A stretch of DNA of 64,000 bases from Chrysomallon squamiferum (taxonomy: Eukaryota > Animalia > Mollusca). Made by a program: the position numbers and the translations under genes. Below, piece by piece: positions 14,819-29,420 of the stretch (positions are counted from its first letter, which is position 1; each line of letters begins with the position of its first letter). The stretch covers positions 8,742,001 through 8,806,000 of the forward strand of contig CM022676.1 of NCBI GenBank assembly GCA_012295275.1. The letters are read 5' to 3'. The notes beneath the pieces were generated by a model. The model saw only the letters and a list, made by a program, of their open reading frames with translations, did not search any database and was not told the origin of the DNA.

Positions 14819-15518
14819 GCAAGAAGAACAATAACAGCAGTAATAATAACAACAAAGTAATAATAATAACAAAAGCAAAAAATTAAATTAAATTAACAGC
14901 TACAATACCAAGAACGAGGAAGACAACAACAATAACAAAAAGAGCAACAACAACAACAATAATAACAATAATCATTAAAAGAAAAATATTATAAAAATGA
15001 ATGGACATTACGTTACCTTTTTGAACATTATCAATTTATGACGTCACTCTTGGTTTATTATGTTAACAGAGCGTTACGTCATTTTCTAAGTGTTGTGAAT
15101 GTAATGTTGTTTTAAACGGTTTCAAATTACAGTAGACAAGAGCTATTCATAGCAAGGCTTTGTCACATAAACATTAAGTAAATAAAATAATAATAATAAT
15201 AATAAAAACACTGAAAAAATAAAAAATAATAAAAAATGAAAAAATAAAAAAGAATAACAATAATAATAAATAACAAAAAATTAAATTAAAAATTAATAAA
15301 CAAATAAATAAAATAATAAACAAGTAAAAAAGTAATAATAGCGATGATGATGATGATGATAAAATTATTATATGAATAAATGAATGAAAGAACGAACGAA
15401 ATGAGGGACAAAAGAATAAATGAATGAACAAATTAGTAAATAAATATTATCTTAACCTTGTTTTGTTTCTTATTTCCTCTTATTTTATGATTATTATAAT
15501 TTTAATTATATTATTACA

Positions 15519-15557
<39 letters not shown>

Positions 15558-15776
15558 ATTATTATTATTATCCCACGTTTAAATTAATAATTTTTAAAGT
15601 AAAAATTATACTTAAACTCATATCCTAATTTACTGATATGTTAATACAAATATTAAATGTCGATGAAGAATAACAGCAACAGTTAAAAATATTTCTCACG
15701 TAACAAGTGTTAATCATGTTTGTTCAATGTTTTCTAACGTATTACATTAACACGAAAATATTTACATAAACACACA

Positions 15777-15836
<60 letters not shown>

Positions 15837-16053
15837 ACACACACACACACACACACATTCACACACACCCAAATATTTTAAATACACGTAATCATATCGG
15901 ACACAAATCATAAACCCATATAAAGGAGAAAAAAAAAAATAATAATAATAACGGTAAAATTTAAATCTTCACCGTTATAACTCATATTACACAAACAAAA
16001 ATATTCCATTACAAACTGCTTGTTTTTCTTTTTTTTTTTTTTTCTTTTTGTTT

Positions 16054-16199
16054 TTAACACGTACAAATTCCGTTCACTTCGTGACACATAACCGACCTTA
16101 TTTCATAGCACCTATCAGATAACAACAACACCACAATTCATACTGAAACAGATGTTGAAATTTTTCTTTCATCAGATCGTTTGTGGTTCTGAATCATGT
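16054..16199. repeat. Dispersed ~143-bp unique-sequence repeat, copy B
   Basis: Matches 5816-5957. Like copy A, it is preceded by a T-tract and, ~190 bp further upstream, by a (CT)n(CA)n compound microsatellite. Confidence 0.9.
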
Positions 16200-16605
16200 A
16201 CATGTGTACACAGCGTGGACTACATCGACAATTCTTAAACTGATCAGTGATCTACACAGAAGTGAATGACAGTAAAAGTTAAAAAGGGAAAAACCGCAGA
16301 AGGAAATCTTGTCGAGTGTGAATGAGATATTTTTTTTTAACAAAGGATGAATGAGAGTGAAATATTTTAACAAGCACTGGTTTGTGTTATTATTGTGCTT
16401 ATTATGTAGGTCACGGCGTATATATATATGTATTTTGTGTGTGTTTGTGTGTATGTGTGCCTGTGTATGATAAAATGCATACTGTAATAAATGTAAGGAG
16501 AATAGTTTATATTACGTTGTTGGTTATATATACGTAAAACATGGGTATTTTTGTTGTTGATTATACATAGAAATATATACAAGTATAAATAAATAAATAA
16601 ATAAA

Positions 16606-16706
<101 letters not shown>

Positions 16707-18033
16707 CGTTATTTAAAATGCAAACTATCCATATCAACTGATAATCATAGCTTGTTTTATATGCTCAAATATTTCAAGCACATATCACTTTATATTTTTC
16801 AAGTAATATTTATTTTTCGTTTCGTTTATATGTAGTGAGGAATTTTAGATACAATCTGAATTAAGAATGAAAAACTTTAAGAGTCCTTTTTAACAAGGGT
16901 TAACGGAAAAATAACATTTTTGTAATAGCTGAACTGAAATTCAAAGAATTCCTCTCGGTTTCAGGAACTAAATAATATAATTTTTTCCATGTTTTTGCAT
17001 ATAATAAATAAATACAGGCACGTTTGGCTATAATATATAAATTTTCAAGCTTTAACATTATTATACATAAAATAACAATCGCAAGAGCTATAACAAAATT
17101 TACATGCAATGTGACATAATAAATAATTTATGTTTTTTCGAGTTTGTCAGCTTTGTTAAATGTAAATATATATATGGTGTGCAGTATGCGAGATATTTGA
17201 TAATAATATATATATATATATTATTTTATTTTATTGCATACGCATTACAAAATACCTGTTTAATAAAACAGCATTTCTTTGTCCATTTGTGATTATTTTA
17301 TTTTATTTTATTTTATTTTTTATAATATTTTTTTTTAAATATGTCACTGTCGTCGTTATCATCATCATCATCATCATCATCATTATTATTAAAACATTCA
17401 TAATATTAACAGAATTTGGTGATAAAGTATTTTAGTAAATAAGATAAAAAAGATAATACGTTGCACTTCTGTGATATTAAGATAAAATTAATTTTCCTTT
17501 TTAAATATTACGAAGTTATGAAATTATTGAAATTAAATAATTCTTTCTATAGACCCAGTGAAAATGATATATTTACTTTTAATATTAAATTTAGAAAACC
17601 AACAAAATATTCTTTTTTTTTAATTAACGTGTTGAAATTTTGATTTCATTTTATTTAGTTTAATTGTTTATTTAAGACGAATTTGTATTTTTAGTTCTTT
17701 ATTTTTGTTTTTTAATTAAGTTATCTGTATAATAATTTAATTTATTTAATTATTTATTCTTTTAATTAATCTATTTTAAACGATGTATATTTTATTTATT
17801 ATTCATTTATTTATTTATTTGCGTTTTTGTTTATGACAAACATATCTATTTTATTTTGCATATTTATTGAATAAAACATATTTATTATTCATTGATTTAT
17901 TAAAATATTATTTATTTATTTATTTCACGAATTTATATATTAATTTTCATTCATTAATTCAAAAATTTATTTTAAAAGCGTCTATAATTTATTTATTTAT
18001 TGTATTTGTACGACGTCATTATTTATTTATTTA

Positions 18034-18262
18034 TTTATGTAAGTCATCTTAATTTCTTTATGTAAATCATCTTAATTTGTTTATGTAAATCATTTTAATT
18101 TCTTTATGCAAATCATCCTAATTTATTTACATAAATTATTATATTTATTTATTTATTTATTTATTTATTCATTCATTCATTCATGACGTCATCTTTATTT
18201 ATGTAAAACATCTTAATATCCTTACGCAAATCATCCTAATTTATATACGTAAATCGTTATAT

Positions 18263-18265
<3 letters not shown>
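18034..18265. repeat. 23-bp tandem repeat (consensus TTTATGTAAATCATCTTAATTTC) in two blocks of about 5 and 3 copies
   Basis: Unit starts at 18034, 18057, 18080, 18103 and 18126. A second block starts at ~18198. Confidence 0.85.
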
Positions 18266-18293
<28 letters not shown>

Positions 18294-18804
18294 CACGTTA
18301 CAGAGAACAGGCTTACTAAACACTTGCCCGGTATTAACAACTTTCCTTCAGTCAGGTTTGTTCCTGACCCCGTGAGCCTCACTCATATATCAAACCCACA
18401 ACTACACTTACTTACATTTACCTCATTCTGGCATGTGAATACCTGCGTATGTATAATACATATAATATAACACAATACGCAGACGCCGTTTTGTACGGGA
18501 CAAACCGAGCGTGAAGCGATAGAACTTTCAGTACGTGCCTTGTTATTATAACCTACCCCTTTTTTTCAAACTCGCCCAGCCACGCCCTAATTATCACGCC
18601 CTAATTTTACCCGTCAGAACACGCACAGCTGCGACAGTATCCTGGTTCAAATGACAATAGATGCAAATCTACCTAATCATGGGCCTATAATAAACGGAGA
18701 TACGATCGAAAACCGGTTTAATAATGATCGTGTTTCTCGTATTGCAAAAAAAAAAAGATCGTAGGCTTGTTGTTACCTGCGGTTAAATAACAGCTCTCAC
18801 TTAC

Positions 18805-18868
18805 CTGTGTTAGCGAAGCAGGTGAGAAACGAAGACACAAAGAGTAAAGTTTTCACGTAGTTCAACAT
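18805..18868 (-). CDS. Probable first coding exon of a secreted or membrane protein (signal peptide MLNYVKTLLFVSSFLTCFANT + 1 nt, followed by a phase-1 intron)
   Basis: The minus strand reads ctcaccATG TTG AAC TAC GTG AAA ACT TTA CTC TTT GTG TCT TCG TTT CTC ACC TGC TTC GCT AAC ACA G|gtaagtgag. It has a Kozak-like CACC, a basic residue then a hydrophobic core then small residues, and a perfect CAG|GTAAGT donor. A CpG island lies just upstream. A signal-peptide exon ending in phase 1 is a common metazoan gene layout. Confidence 0.7.
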
Positions 18869-19266
18869 GGTGAGACGTCGTAGTAGTTGTAGTAGTAGTA
18901 GTAGTACTCCCGTCAAACTTGCAAATCGACATTAGCGGACTGGCGAAAACTGGCGTACCCGGAAACAAAACATGCTACATCCTTATAGACAAGAACTCTG
19001 TTTCCATTAATCACATTATGTCGGAACACGTAAATAAAAAACAAAAAAACCTCGTCATCGCTTAAAATAGATCTCCAGGTACGAAATAAAGAAACAGATA
19101 TGTAAATAAAACAACAGACATTACATTTTCGTCTTCTTCTTGTCTTTTTTAAAAAAAAAACCTCTGAGCGTCACAGATTCAGCATTATTTTAAATCCTCG
19201 TGCAGTTCCAACACGCTCTCTCCCCCTCTCTCTCGTCCCTGCTAAACACGCATGTTCCGAAAACCC

Positions 19267-19407
19267 TTAGCGGGCGAAAACACACGTTGCATACACACGA
19301 AGGTAAAAACGAAACGGCACCGGTTCGGGAACGGTCGTCATTGAGGCCGTCGTCGCTGCTGCTGCGTTGTTGTTGTTGTTGTTGTTAATATTATTATCAT
19401 CATCCAT
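19267..19407 (-). other. Possible upstream ORF (46 aa, MDDDNNINNNNNNNAAAATTASMTTVPEPVPFRFYLRVYATCVFAR) in the putative 5' leader
   Basis: ATG in a gaaATGG context at 19407 and TAA at 19269-19267. It lies between the promoter island and the signal-peptide exon and is partly made of triplet repeats. Confidence 0.25.
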
Positions 19408-19419
19408 TTCCAGCTACGC

Positions 19420-19870
19420 CTAACGCTGCTCACGTCATGCTGCACGTGGCAGTGTTGTTAAATTGCGCGAGGACCGTGAGCTGGCGTCGAATCTGCCACC
19501 GTGCGTGATTAGGCAACAACATCATGCTAATGCCGCGACCACTGAAAAGCTTCGTTCTATTTTTACGTTTAGCATATTCGCATATACAATGAGCGGGGGC
19601 CCGGTCGATAGACAAACCGTACGCTCCACTAGCCGAACACAGAAATATCGATTCTATTTCTCGGCAAGCCCCGCCACTCGCATTGTCAGCGCGCGCCCAT
19701 TTCGTGCAGCACTGACACCAGCGATCTGAATAACTTTTCACTTCTGCGCCAGCGCAGCCAATCGGAGACAAGGGAAGGCGCGTGCCAACGGGGATGTCAG
19801 TTTTTATTGGCGCGCGCGTCTTGGCGGAGTAATTTTCAGCGCGCGTGCCAGGTGAGAAAAGAAAAATACT
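19420..19870 (-). promoter_or_regulatory. CpG-island-like promoter region of the minus-strand gene
   Basis: One of the most GC/CpG-rich stretches in the window. It contains CCAAT boxes at 19758-19762 (AGCCAATC) and 19806-19810 (ATTGG), GCGCGTGCCA twice (19778 and 19841) and CACGTG at 19443. It lies 0.6-1 kb upstream of the ATG at 18868. Confidence 0.55.
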
Positions 19871-20417
19871 GAGGAAACTGAAATTCAAAGTTAGGCATTC
19901 TTTTGTTTTATAATTCCCAGCGGTAAAAAAAAAAAAAATAATAATAAAATAATAAAAAATAAAATAAAAATGGAGGATGAAGAAAAGAACTTGGGTTTAT
20001 TTAACGTTAAAAAAAAAAATAATAATAATAATAATAAAAAAAATAAAAAATAAAATAAATTAATAGAAAATGATGAAGAACGCTTGTCTTTGTATCTACG
20101 CGTGTTTCTCTTGCACGGTAAATGCACGTGTGAAAACAGAAAATTTCAAACTCTCACGATCTCACGGTGTTGTAAAAGGAAGAGCTGTTGAATTCGACGC
20201 AATACGAAAATCTTTACATTGTAGTTTAAAATAATCATAGCAGTGAAAACCTGAGATGACGTTATGACGTGAATTGTATTGTGGTTGGTTTTTTAAATTA
20301 CATTTCATTTCGTTTTCATTTCAGACTCTTATTATTGCTCATTAAGTAGTGGGCTGATTGATGATTGATGATTGTTTGTTTGTTTGTTTGTTCACTTATT
20401 TATTTATTTATTTATTT

Positions 20418-20640
20418 ACTACTGCTACCATTACTACTGCTACTACTACTATTACTACTATTACTACTACTACTACTACTACTACTACTATTACTACTAT
20501 TGCTACTACTGCTACTCCTACTACTATTACTACTACTGCTACTCCTATTACTACTATTACTACTACTATTACTACTACTACTACTACTACTACTACTATT
20601 ACCATTACTACTATTATTACTACATTACTACTACTATTAC
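20418..20640. repeat. (TAC/TAT/TGC)n compound trinucleotide tract
   Basis: Directly visible. It is the source of the poly-T/L/Y ORF artefacts. Confidence 0.95.
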
Positions 20641-21064
20641 TCTTTTCGTTATTTATTTATATCATCATAGTTATTACTTTCATATTGTTGTTGGTTTGTT
20701 TATTTATTTATTTATTTATTATCATCGTCATCACCACCATCATCATTACTGTTGTTGTTATTTATCTTATTTCATATTATAATTATGATTTTGTGTTTAT
20801 GTTGTTTGCTTTTCGTATTATTACTGCGTTATTACTATTATTTTCCTTTTATTAACTGTTTTGTGAATTTCCCAAACACCGATACTTTAATACTTTATAT
20901 AACAACAACCTTTGTATTACCTATACTGTTTATAGCTATTCAACATGAACGCGAAATTGTAACAGTAATGTTATTACTGTAACGACAGCAGTTTCTTTGT
21001 CAAAGTCTGCATTTATTTATTTAATTTTCGCTTATTATTTTATTTCTGTTGTGTGTGCCTGTCT

Positions 21065-21136
<72 letters not shown>

Positions 21137-21142
<6 letters not shown>

Positions 21143-21192
21143 GTTATTATAATTAGAAATGTATTTATTTTCTACGAAGCCTTATTTATAAT

Positions 21193-21224
<32 letters not shown>

Positions 21225-21373
21225 TTTACAGAGAGAGAGAGAGAGATGATTATGTTATTATAATTAGAAATGTATTTATTTTCTACGAAGCCTTATTTAT
21301 AATGAGAGAGAGAGAGACAGACAGACAGAGACAGACAGACAGAGAGAGAGAGAGAGACAGGCAGACAGATTAC

Positions 21374-21408
<35 letters not shown>

Positions 21409-21520
21409 TAGACAGAGAGAGGGAGAGACTTGAGAGAGAGAGAGATGATTATGTTATAATGGTGGAGAGATGGTGGTTGATATAATTACAAATGTATCTC
21501 ATTTCTACAAAGCCTTTAAT
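21137..21520. repeat. Three copies of a ~58-bp AT-rich module (GATTATGTTATTATAATTAGAAATGTATTTATTTTCTACGAAGCCTTATTTATAATGA) separated by GA/GACA microsatellite
   Basis: Identical copies at 21137-21194 and ~21248-21305, and a diverged, interrupted copy at ~21444-21520. Confidence 0.9.
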
Positions 21521-22553
21521 AACATTAATTATTCCTCTGCTGTTACGACAAACTCAAGAGATGTCAAGTGTCTGCTCAGCATTGAGTTTCTAGAATTCAC
21601 TTTAACACTAAGTAGTATTCTGTTAACGAAACATAACACCTGTTTACCTTAGTGTGTTTCCTGTAGAAAAATTAAGAGAAGAAGAAGAAGAAGAAAAGGA
21701 ACAAAAACAAAATGGCGATCGTTTAAAACGTATGAAGTAATAAAAAAAAAAAAAAAAACCGAAGATGAAGAACGAACAAAAGAAAAAAAAAAACAGAAGA
21801 AGAAGAAGAAGGAAAGATCCATAAGGTATTGTTCTCATCTTTACGTAGAATTTGCTCGAGCCAAGAGGAGATAAGTCTTATAACATTTTGCAGAAGGCCA
21901 CTTATCCTCAATTACACAGACTTATAATTATCCCCCAACAAAGACGGAATCAATAATCGAGACTGCGAAGGTCGTTTCGACTGGTAGTCAGTCGTCTGTT
22001 TGTACAGTGTGTTTCAACGCACACGTTTTAACACACATGTAAACAAAACAAAACAAAACAAAAAAAGATAAGAGAAAATAATAAAGAATATGATTTTAAT
22101 GGCCTCTTATATGTCTTTACCGAGAGGGAAAAAAAAAAAAAAAAAAAAAAAAAACTCGAAAAAAAAGAAAAAAGAGAAAAAAAAAAATCTGATAGTATTA
22201 ATATATCGGCTGTTGCGCGGGCGGTCACGTGGTCTTAATAAAAAAAGCGGCGTCTGGAGGATTTCCCACGCGCGCCGCACGTGCATTGCCTGAGCGTGAC
22301 CTACTCGCGGGTGTTGGGGGTTTAATGGTTATTGATTGTGCGCGTTAATACTGTGAGGCTGGACTCAGTGAAACATCACAGTGAAACGGTAGAATCTCAG
22401 TTCGAAAATTTCTCGTGAGAAACATAGGTGAAAAAGAAAGAAGAGGAGGAACAAAAGAAGATGACAGAGAAACAAAGAAAAGAAAAGAAAAGAAGACTGA
22501 GACGAATACAGAAGAAGGATGAAGCAAGGAGGAAAAGAATAACAGAAAGTAGA

Positions 22554-22601
<48 letters not shown>

Positions 22602-22963
22602 TAATATTAATAATCATCGTTCTATAAAAAGAACAACAAAAAATAATTAAAAAATATATATATAGAAAATAAGAAAATGATTTTGATAAATAAATAAATA
22701 AATAATCAAAATGAAATAAAATAAATAAATACGTAAATAAAGATAAAAAAGGAAATAGATAAGTAAATTCAATTTATAAAATAAACGACTAATTTATGAA
22801 TGATTAAAATTCTTAATTCGTGTAAAAATGTATTCGATTTCTAAAACACTAATAGAAGTAACAGAATTATCAGTTGTAATATATATACAACAGGAATGCA
22901 ACTACTACTACTACTATTACTACTACTACTACTACTGCTACTACTACTTCTACTACTACTACT

Positions 22964-23011
<48 letters not shown>

Positions 23012-23179
23012 ATCTTACCAGTACTTCTACTACTGCTACTACTACTACTACTACTACTAATAATAATAATAAAAGAAATGATAGTAGCTGTTACTGTAGT
23101 AGTAAAAATAACCCTTGTAATAGTAATCCTAACATTGGTTAGCTGTTGTCGTCGTGGTTGTTGCTGTTTTTCTTTTTGA

Positions 23180-23225
<46 letters not shown>

Positions 23226-24169
23226 TTATTGTTTTGTTATTTTGTTGTTTTTCTTTTTGCTTTGTTGCTGATGTTATTGTTGTTATTATTATTAATATTA
23301 TTATCATTTTCTTCTTATTATTATTCTTGTTTCTGTGGTCATTGCTTTCTTCCTGTAATTACTGTTGTTATCGTTCCTTTTTCTTATTTCAGTTGTTAAT
23401 TCCACTATTGATGATGTCATTATTTCAGTCAAAAAAAATAAAAATAAAAAATAAAAATAAAAAAAATACAACACTGCCTTTTTTTACTAATCACTATTGA
23501 CAACGCTTCGATACTGCATAATCCATACAGGTGAGAAAACACTCCAAGTGAGATTGATCCCGTGATCCTTTGCGTGTCAGTCAGCAGAAACCCGACATTA
23601 ACTAATCTACGTCATGCAAAACCTCAACTGCTAATGACAAAGGAATTCTGAGCGAAAAAAAAAAAAAAAAAAAAAAAAATTGAAAAAAAAACAAGCAGGT
23701 TATGATAAGCTGTTCTGGAATTACGAAATAATGGACATGAAGTGATGGAACCAGGTGAAATTACATCCCAGAAAATGGAAAATTTGATGCAGATGTGTTG
23801 AACAGTCATTATGATCTGCAACTCACTGTTATTTTTTTTTTATTTCCAAGCTAACGGTGAAGACATTAAAAAAAAAAAAAAAAAAAAAGACTGCTATGCA
23901 CAGAAAAAGTAACAGCGATGTCACGTGACACGACAATCCAGCGGCAAAGATTCGTCAGAAAGATATTTTTAAACGAAACGGGTGAAAAAAAAAAAAAAAA
24001 AAAAAAAATGACGTTAGAATCATGTTCGCCGGTGAAAATAAACATCATTATCAGCGAGAGATGAAAACTGCGCAGTGCCAGTCAACAGCTTCACGTGTGA
24101 AAGATCGAAGGATCGATTCCTGTTTGAGGATTCGTTGACATTTTTTTATTATAATAATCCTCTGACTTG

Positions 24170-24775
<606 letters not shown>

Positions 24776-24871
24776 ATAACCACACTGTCTTCTCTCCTTA
24801 ATGTTAGTGTCCTACTTTATTATTAATAAAGCATGGTAACTAAAAATAAGATAAAGAAAACAATTTTGAAC

Positions 24872-24964
<93 letters not shown>

Positions 24965-25586
24965 AACACATCTGTGATTTTCCAGAAACAATATTGTTGT
25001 TCTATATCCGATGCATGCCATGCAACCCAACAGAATAAGAAAAAAAAAAAAATTAAAAAAAATGACGTTACTTTATTTTTTTTCCAAAAGGCTTTATAGA
25101 AATGTGAAACCCATCAGAATATTGGCCTGGATTATCGATTATCGATTGCCGCGTTTGCCTTTGGCGGGATTCGACGTTATTTCTTATTGGCACAGAAAAT
25201 CGTCTAAACTCGTTTCAAAGGTATTCCGTAAACCGCATAATTGCCGTTTTGTTAATTTAGCTAACAGTCAAAATGGAGCCGTTAATACTGAAAACAGCCT
25301 CTAACGAGTTCACGCTGTCGGACAAACCTTTGATTAACGGGGCTTTTATGCAACACTCATTAAGTCTCGCGAGAACTGACACAATGCTAATTATGTTCTC
25401 GCGACGTGACAATGTCAATTCACATCTCGCGCTAACGAGACAATGCGAGATCAATTAGAAATACATTTTCTTTTTTTTCTTCTTTTGTAATATGTGTTTT
25501 TTTCTTTGTGTTCTTTCTTTTATGTTTTTATTTTAATTTTTTTTATTTTTATAAACATTTTTCTTTAACATTATTATTACTATTAC

Positions 25587-25638
<52 letters not shown>

Positions 25639-26327
25639 GTTTTGTTTTTCTTTATGCATTTTGTTTATTTGTAAGAATTTCTTCTGTAAGTGGAAATGTA
25701 AAAAAATTACACATTTTCAGGTGAAATTGTAGAATATGAAATAAAATGGCGAGTAATTCGATAAGACATTTGTAAAGGAAATACTTTTAAGTACTTTGGG
25801 TATAACTAAAAACATCTGTTAATGTAGCTTTCAAAAGAGAAAAAATACAGAGGCAGTGGGCATGCGCAATGAATACATTATTTGCAGTTTTCTAAATAGA
25901 ATATTCTTTCTTAATACATTAGCTTTAATAATTGGACTAAATAAATAAATAACCAAACAAACTTCCAAACAAATAAACAAATAAGTAAATAAATAAATAT
26001 ATAAATAATTAAGTGAATAAATAAATAAGTGAATTAATGAATGACTGAATGAATGAATAAATAAATAACTTAAGAGATATATTTTTAAAAATTTTAAAAA
26101 TTCACAGTAATTTGTTTCAAAAGGTAAAAAAATTAGTTTTTTTTTATGCTTCCTTAATAATTAGGTTTTAATAACTAACTAACTAAATAAATAAATAAAT
26201 TAAATTAATTAATTAATAAAATGTTTTCTGTCTTAAAAGAGTAATTAAGATAAAACAAAAACAACAACAACAAAATTATCCAAAAAAAAAGAAGAAAGAT
26301 AATATAAATAATAATAAATTGATAACA

Positions 26328-26366
<39 letters not shown>

Positions 26367-28324
26367 ATTAATTAATTAATTAAAACATATGTAAAATAAT
26401 CATTCTGCTTTAGTTACAAATAATTTTTGATTCTTTAATTTAATACTAAATCGCCTAATACTTGACTGGAAATGATTCAAGAGAAACAGAATACGTAATC
26501 AAAAGAGTATAATGACGTAATCAATTAAAATAATCGATAACGTATGAAATTATAGTAATCGGTGACGTGTAAAATTAAAGTACCAGACCACGTGTACTTT
26601 TAAAACATTCGGCCGCAAGACTTGACTTTAAATATTAATTTATTCTTCACAGTTAAGATAATTTCGTCACGCGCTATTTATTTTTATTTATTTATTTTTT
26701 TTTTCATTCATTATCATAATTATTCTTCTTGTAAAAAGAGAGATGGCCACACCCACTACTGCACGTGCATACCAGACGTGTACGTGTCATACGTCACAGA
26801 CAGTATGTTCTCTTCTGCATAATGCTATAGTGGAGAGCAGAATTAATTACCCTGAGCATATTTCCAGTTCCAACCAGGGTCTCACGAATGAACTATCTAA
26901 TACATTGAAATGATATTTAAAAGTGAAGTAAAAAAACAAATCTTAAAAAGATTAAATTTAAAATGTAAATTTTCTCTGTTATCCTCTCATTATAAAAATC
27001 ACGTGATTGTAAGCTGTAATACTAATGTGAAAAATACTGAGGTGTTGTTCAGTCAACTTGTATTTATATTAATCATATTGTTGTTGTTGTTGTCGTCGTC
27101 GTCGTTGTCATGATTATTATTATTGGTGTTATTATTTTATTATTATTCTCATCATCATCACTATTATAATTATTATCGTTATAATAATAATAATAATAAT
27201 AATAATAATTTATATTTTTATTAAATGTACTATTAGTTATTATTATTATTGTTGTTGTTGTTGTTGTTGTTAGTTAATGGTCTGCAAACAGTTACTATTA
27301 AACGTTGTCAAAAATATATTGAAAGGTTTGCTTAATAAATTTAACGACGTATTCTTTTGCATTCGTAATAACTTTTTCAAAACTTCGCTTTAAATTGTAT
27401 TCCTGCGTTACACTGAAGGAAATACATTTTTAAAAATCATAACTAAATAGAATAACAACACCTGCAAGAACGTTAGCTAAATATATGCGTGTGAACGTAT
27501 TTTTGTATGCGTGTATTTATTTACATATTATGTATGTTTGGTTGTACGTATGTTTGTATGTGTTCGTGTTCATTTTATTCTGTACGTAATTCTTCAACAA
27601 ATTAACAATATAAAACAACAGATAGTTTTTTCTCTCATAAATATTTTGTAATTGTTTGCTTTGTAAATAATGAAGTAGTTCGTGGACACTTGTTAATTTA
27701 AAACATTAATGAACACCGAGTTTAATTTTATGAGTAAGAAAAAGAAAAAAAAGTCTCTCTCCATTTTTTACGATCTTATTTTTTTTTCTTTTACTTTTTT
27801 TTTTTCCTTTGAGAATAAAATAAATCTTTAATTTGGAATCACATGCACGAAGGTTAATCGAACTTTAATCAAGATTAGAGTTGTCGTTCTTGGTCGCGGG
27901 TTAATGGGGCTTCGTTATTTTTGTCAGAAATCGTTCGATTAATTTCGTTCGTACCCGCTAATTTGATATCGAGGTTCCCTCGTCATTATCTCTGATTGGA
28001 TAACTATATATAACTTTCGAACTCATTAGGAAACGATCGGCAAGTTCCGCGGGCTAGAAAAATTTCAAATATTTTATTTACTTTTCGTCTATGATTGTTA
28101 TTGTTGTTTCCAATATGGCGGCTGGACTGGCAGGTCTTTGACGTAATGAAATGTTCTTACCCCGTTATTCTTTTTAAAATTATATATAATCTCGTTTTCA
28201 TTATAGAAAGATCAATAAGCTGAATAGTATCTATTATTTAGTTTGCATTTTGTTGTTAATTTTGAATATAACAGAGTAACCGTTCTTTGCTGCGAGTAAG
28301 CTGTATTTATATACCTTACGCATC

Positions 28325-28374
<50 letters not shown>

Positions 28375-28415
28375 GATGCATTGAAATAGCGACTGCAGCA
28401 GCGGTAGCACAGTAA

Positions 28416-28459
<44 letters not shown>

Positions 28460-28758
28460 ATATTATTAAAAGTAGTAGTAGTAGTAATAATAGTAAGTGT
28501 AGATGAATTTATAGTCATAGCAGTAGTAGTAGGAACATTAGTAGTAGAATAGTAGCAGATATGAAACTGATTAATAGCAGTACAGATATTATTGGTAGTA
28601 CTGACTATTAAAACTACTAGTAATAATGGTAGAATTAATAGGAACAGCAGCAGTATCAGCAGTAGTTGTAGTAGTAGTAATAGATGTTGTAGCCGTGGTG
28701 GTAGTGACAGCAGTCGTAGTAGCAGTAGAAGTTCTTCTAGTAAATAATAATAATAATG

Positions 28759-28829
<71 letters not shown>

Positions 28830-29356
28830 TATAATTATAATTATAAAGTAACAAAACAACTGCTACTAGTTATACTGCAGCTGGTACTTCTACTACTACT
28901 ACGATTACGACAACGACAACGATTATTTTGTATTACAACAGTATTAGTATAGCAACACAATTAAATACTATTATTTTAAAAATAATACCAGTATTTGAAA
29001 AAAATAACGTTAAATCAAACAATAATGAATGGAAAAGAAAAGATTAGAATAAAATAAAATAGAATAGAATAGAATAAAATAAAATAAAATAAAATAAAAT
29101 AAAATAAAATTAAATTAAATTAAATCAAAAAAAAAGATAACCAAACAAACTAAACTAAACTAAACTAAACTAAACAAAAATAAAATAAAATTAAATTAAA
29201 TTTAAAAAAAAGTAAACCAAATAAAAAAAAAAAAAAAAAAAAATACAGCAAATCAAAATAAATTAAATTAAATTAAATTAAAAGAAACTAAAAGAACAGG
29301 AAGAAATATATATAAAATAAATTTTTAAAAAGCAATCCAAAAATAAAAAGATTTAA

Positions 29357-29420
<64 letters not shown>

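Noticed and set aside
19430-19888. 152-aa and 88-aa ORFs over the CpG island
   Set aside because: They start at TTG, and long open frames are expected in GC-rich promoter DNA.
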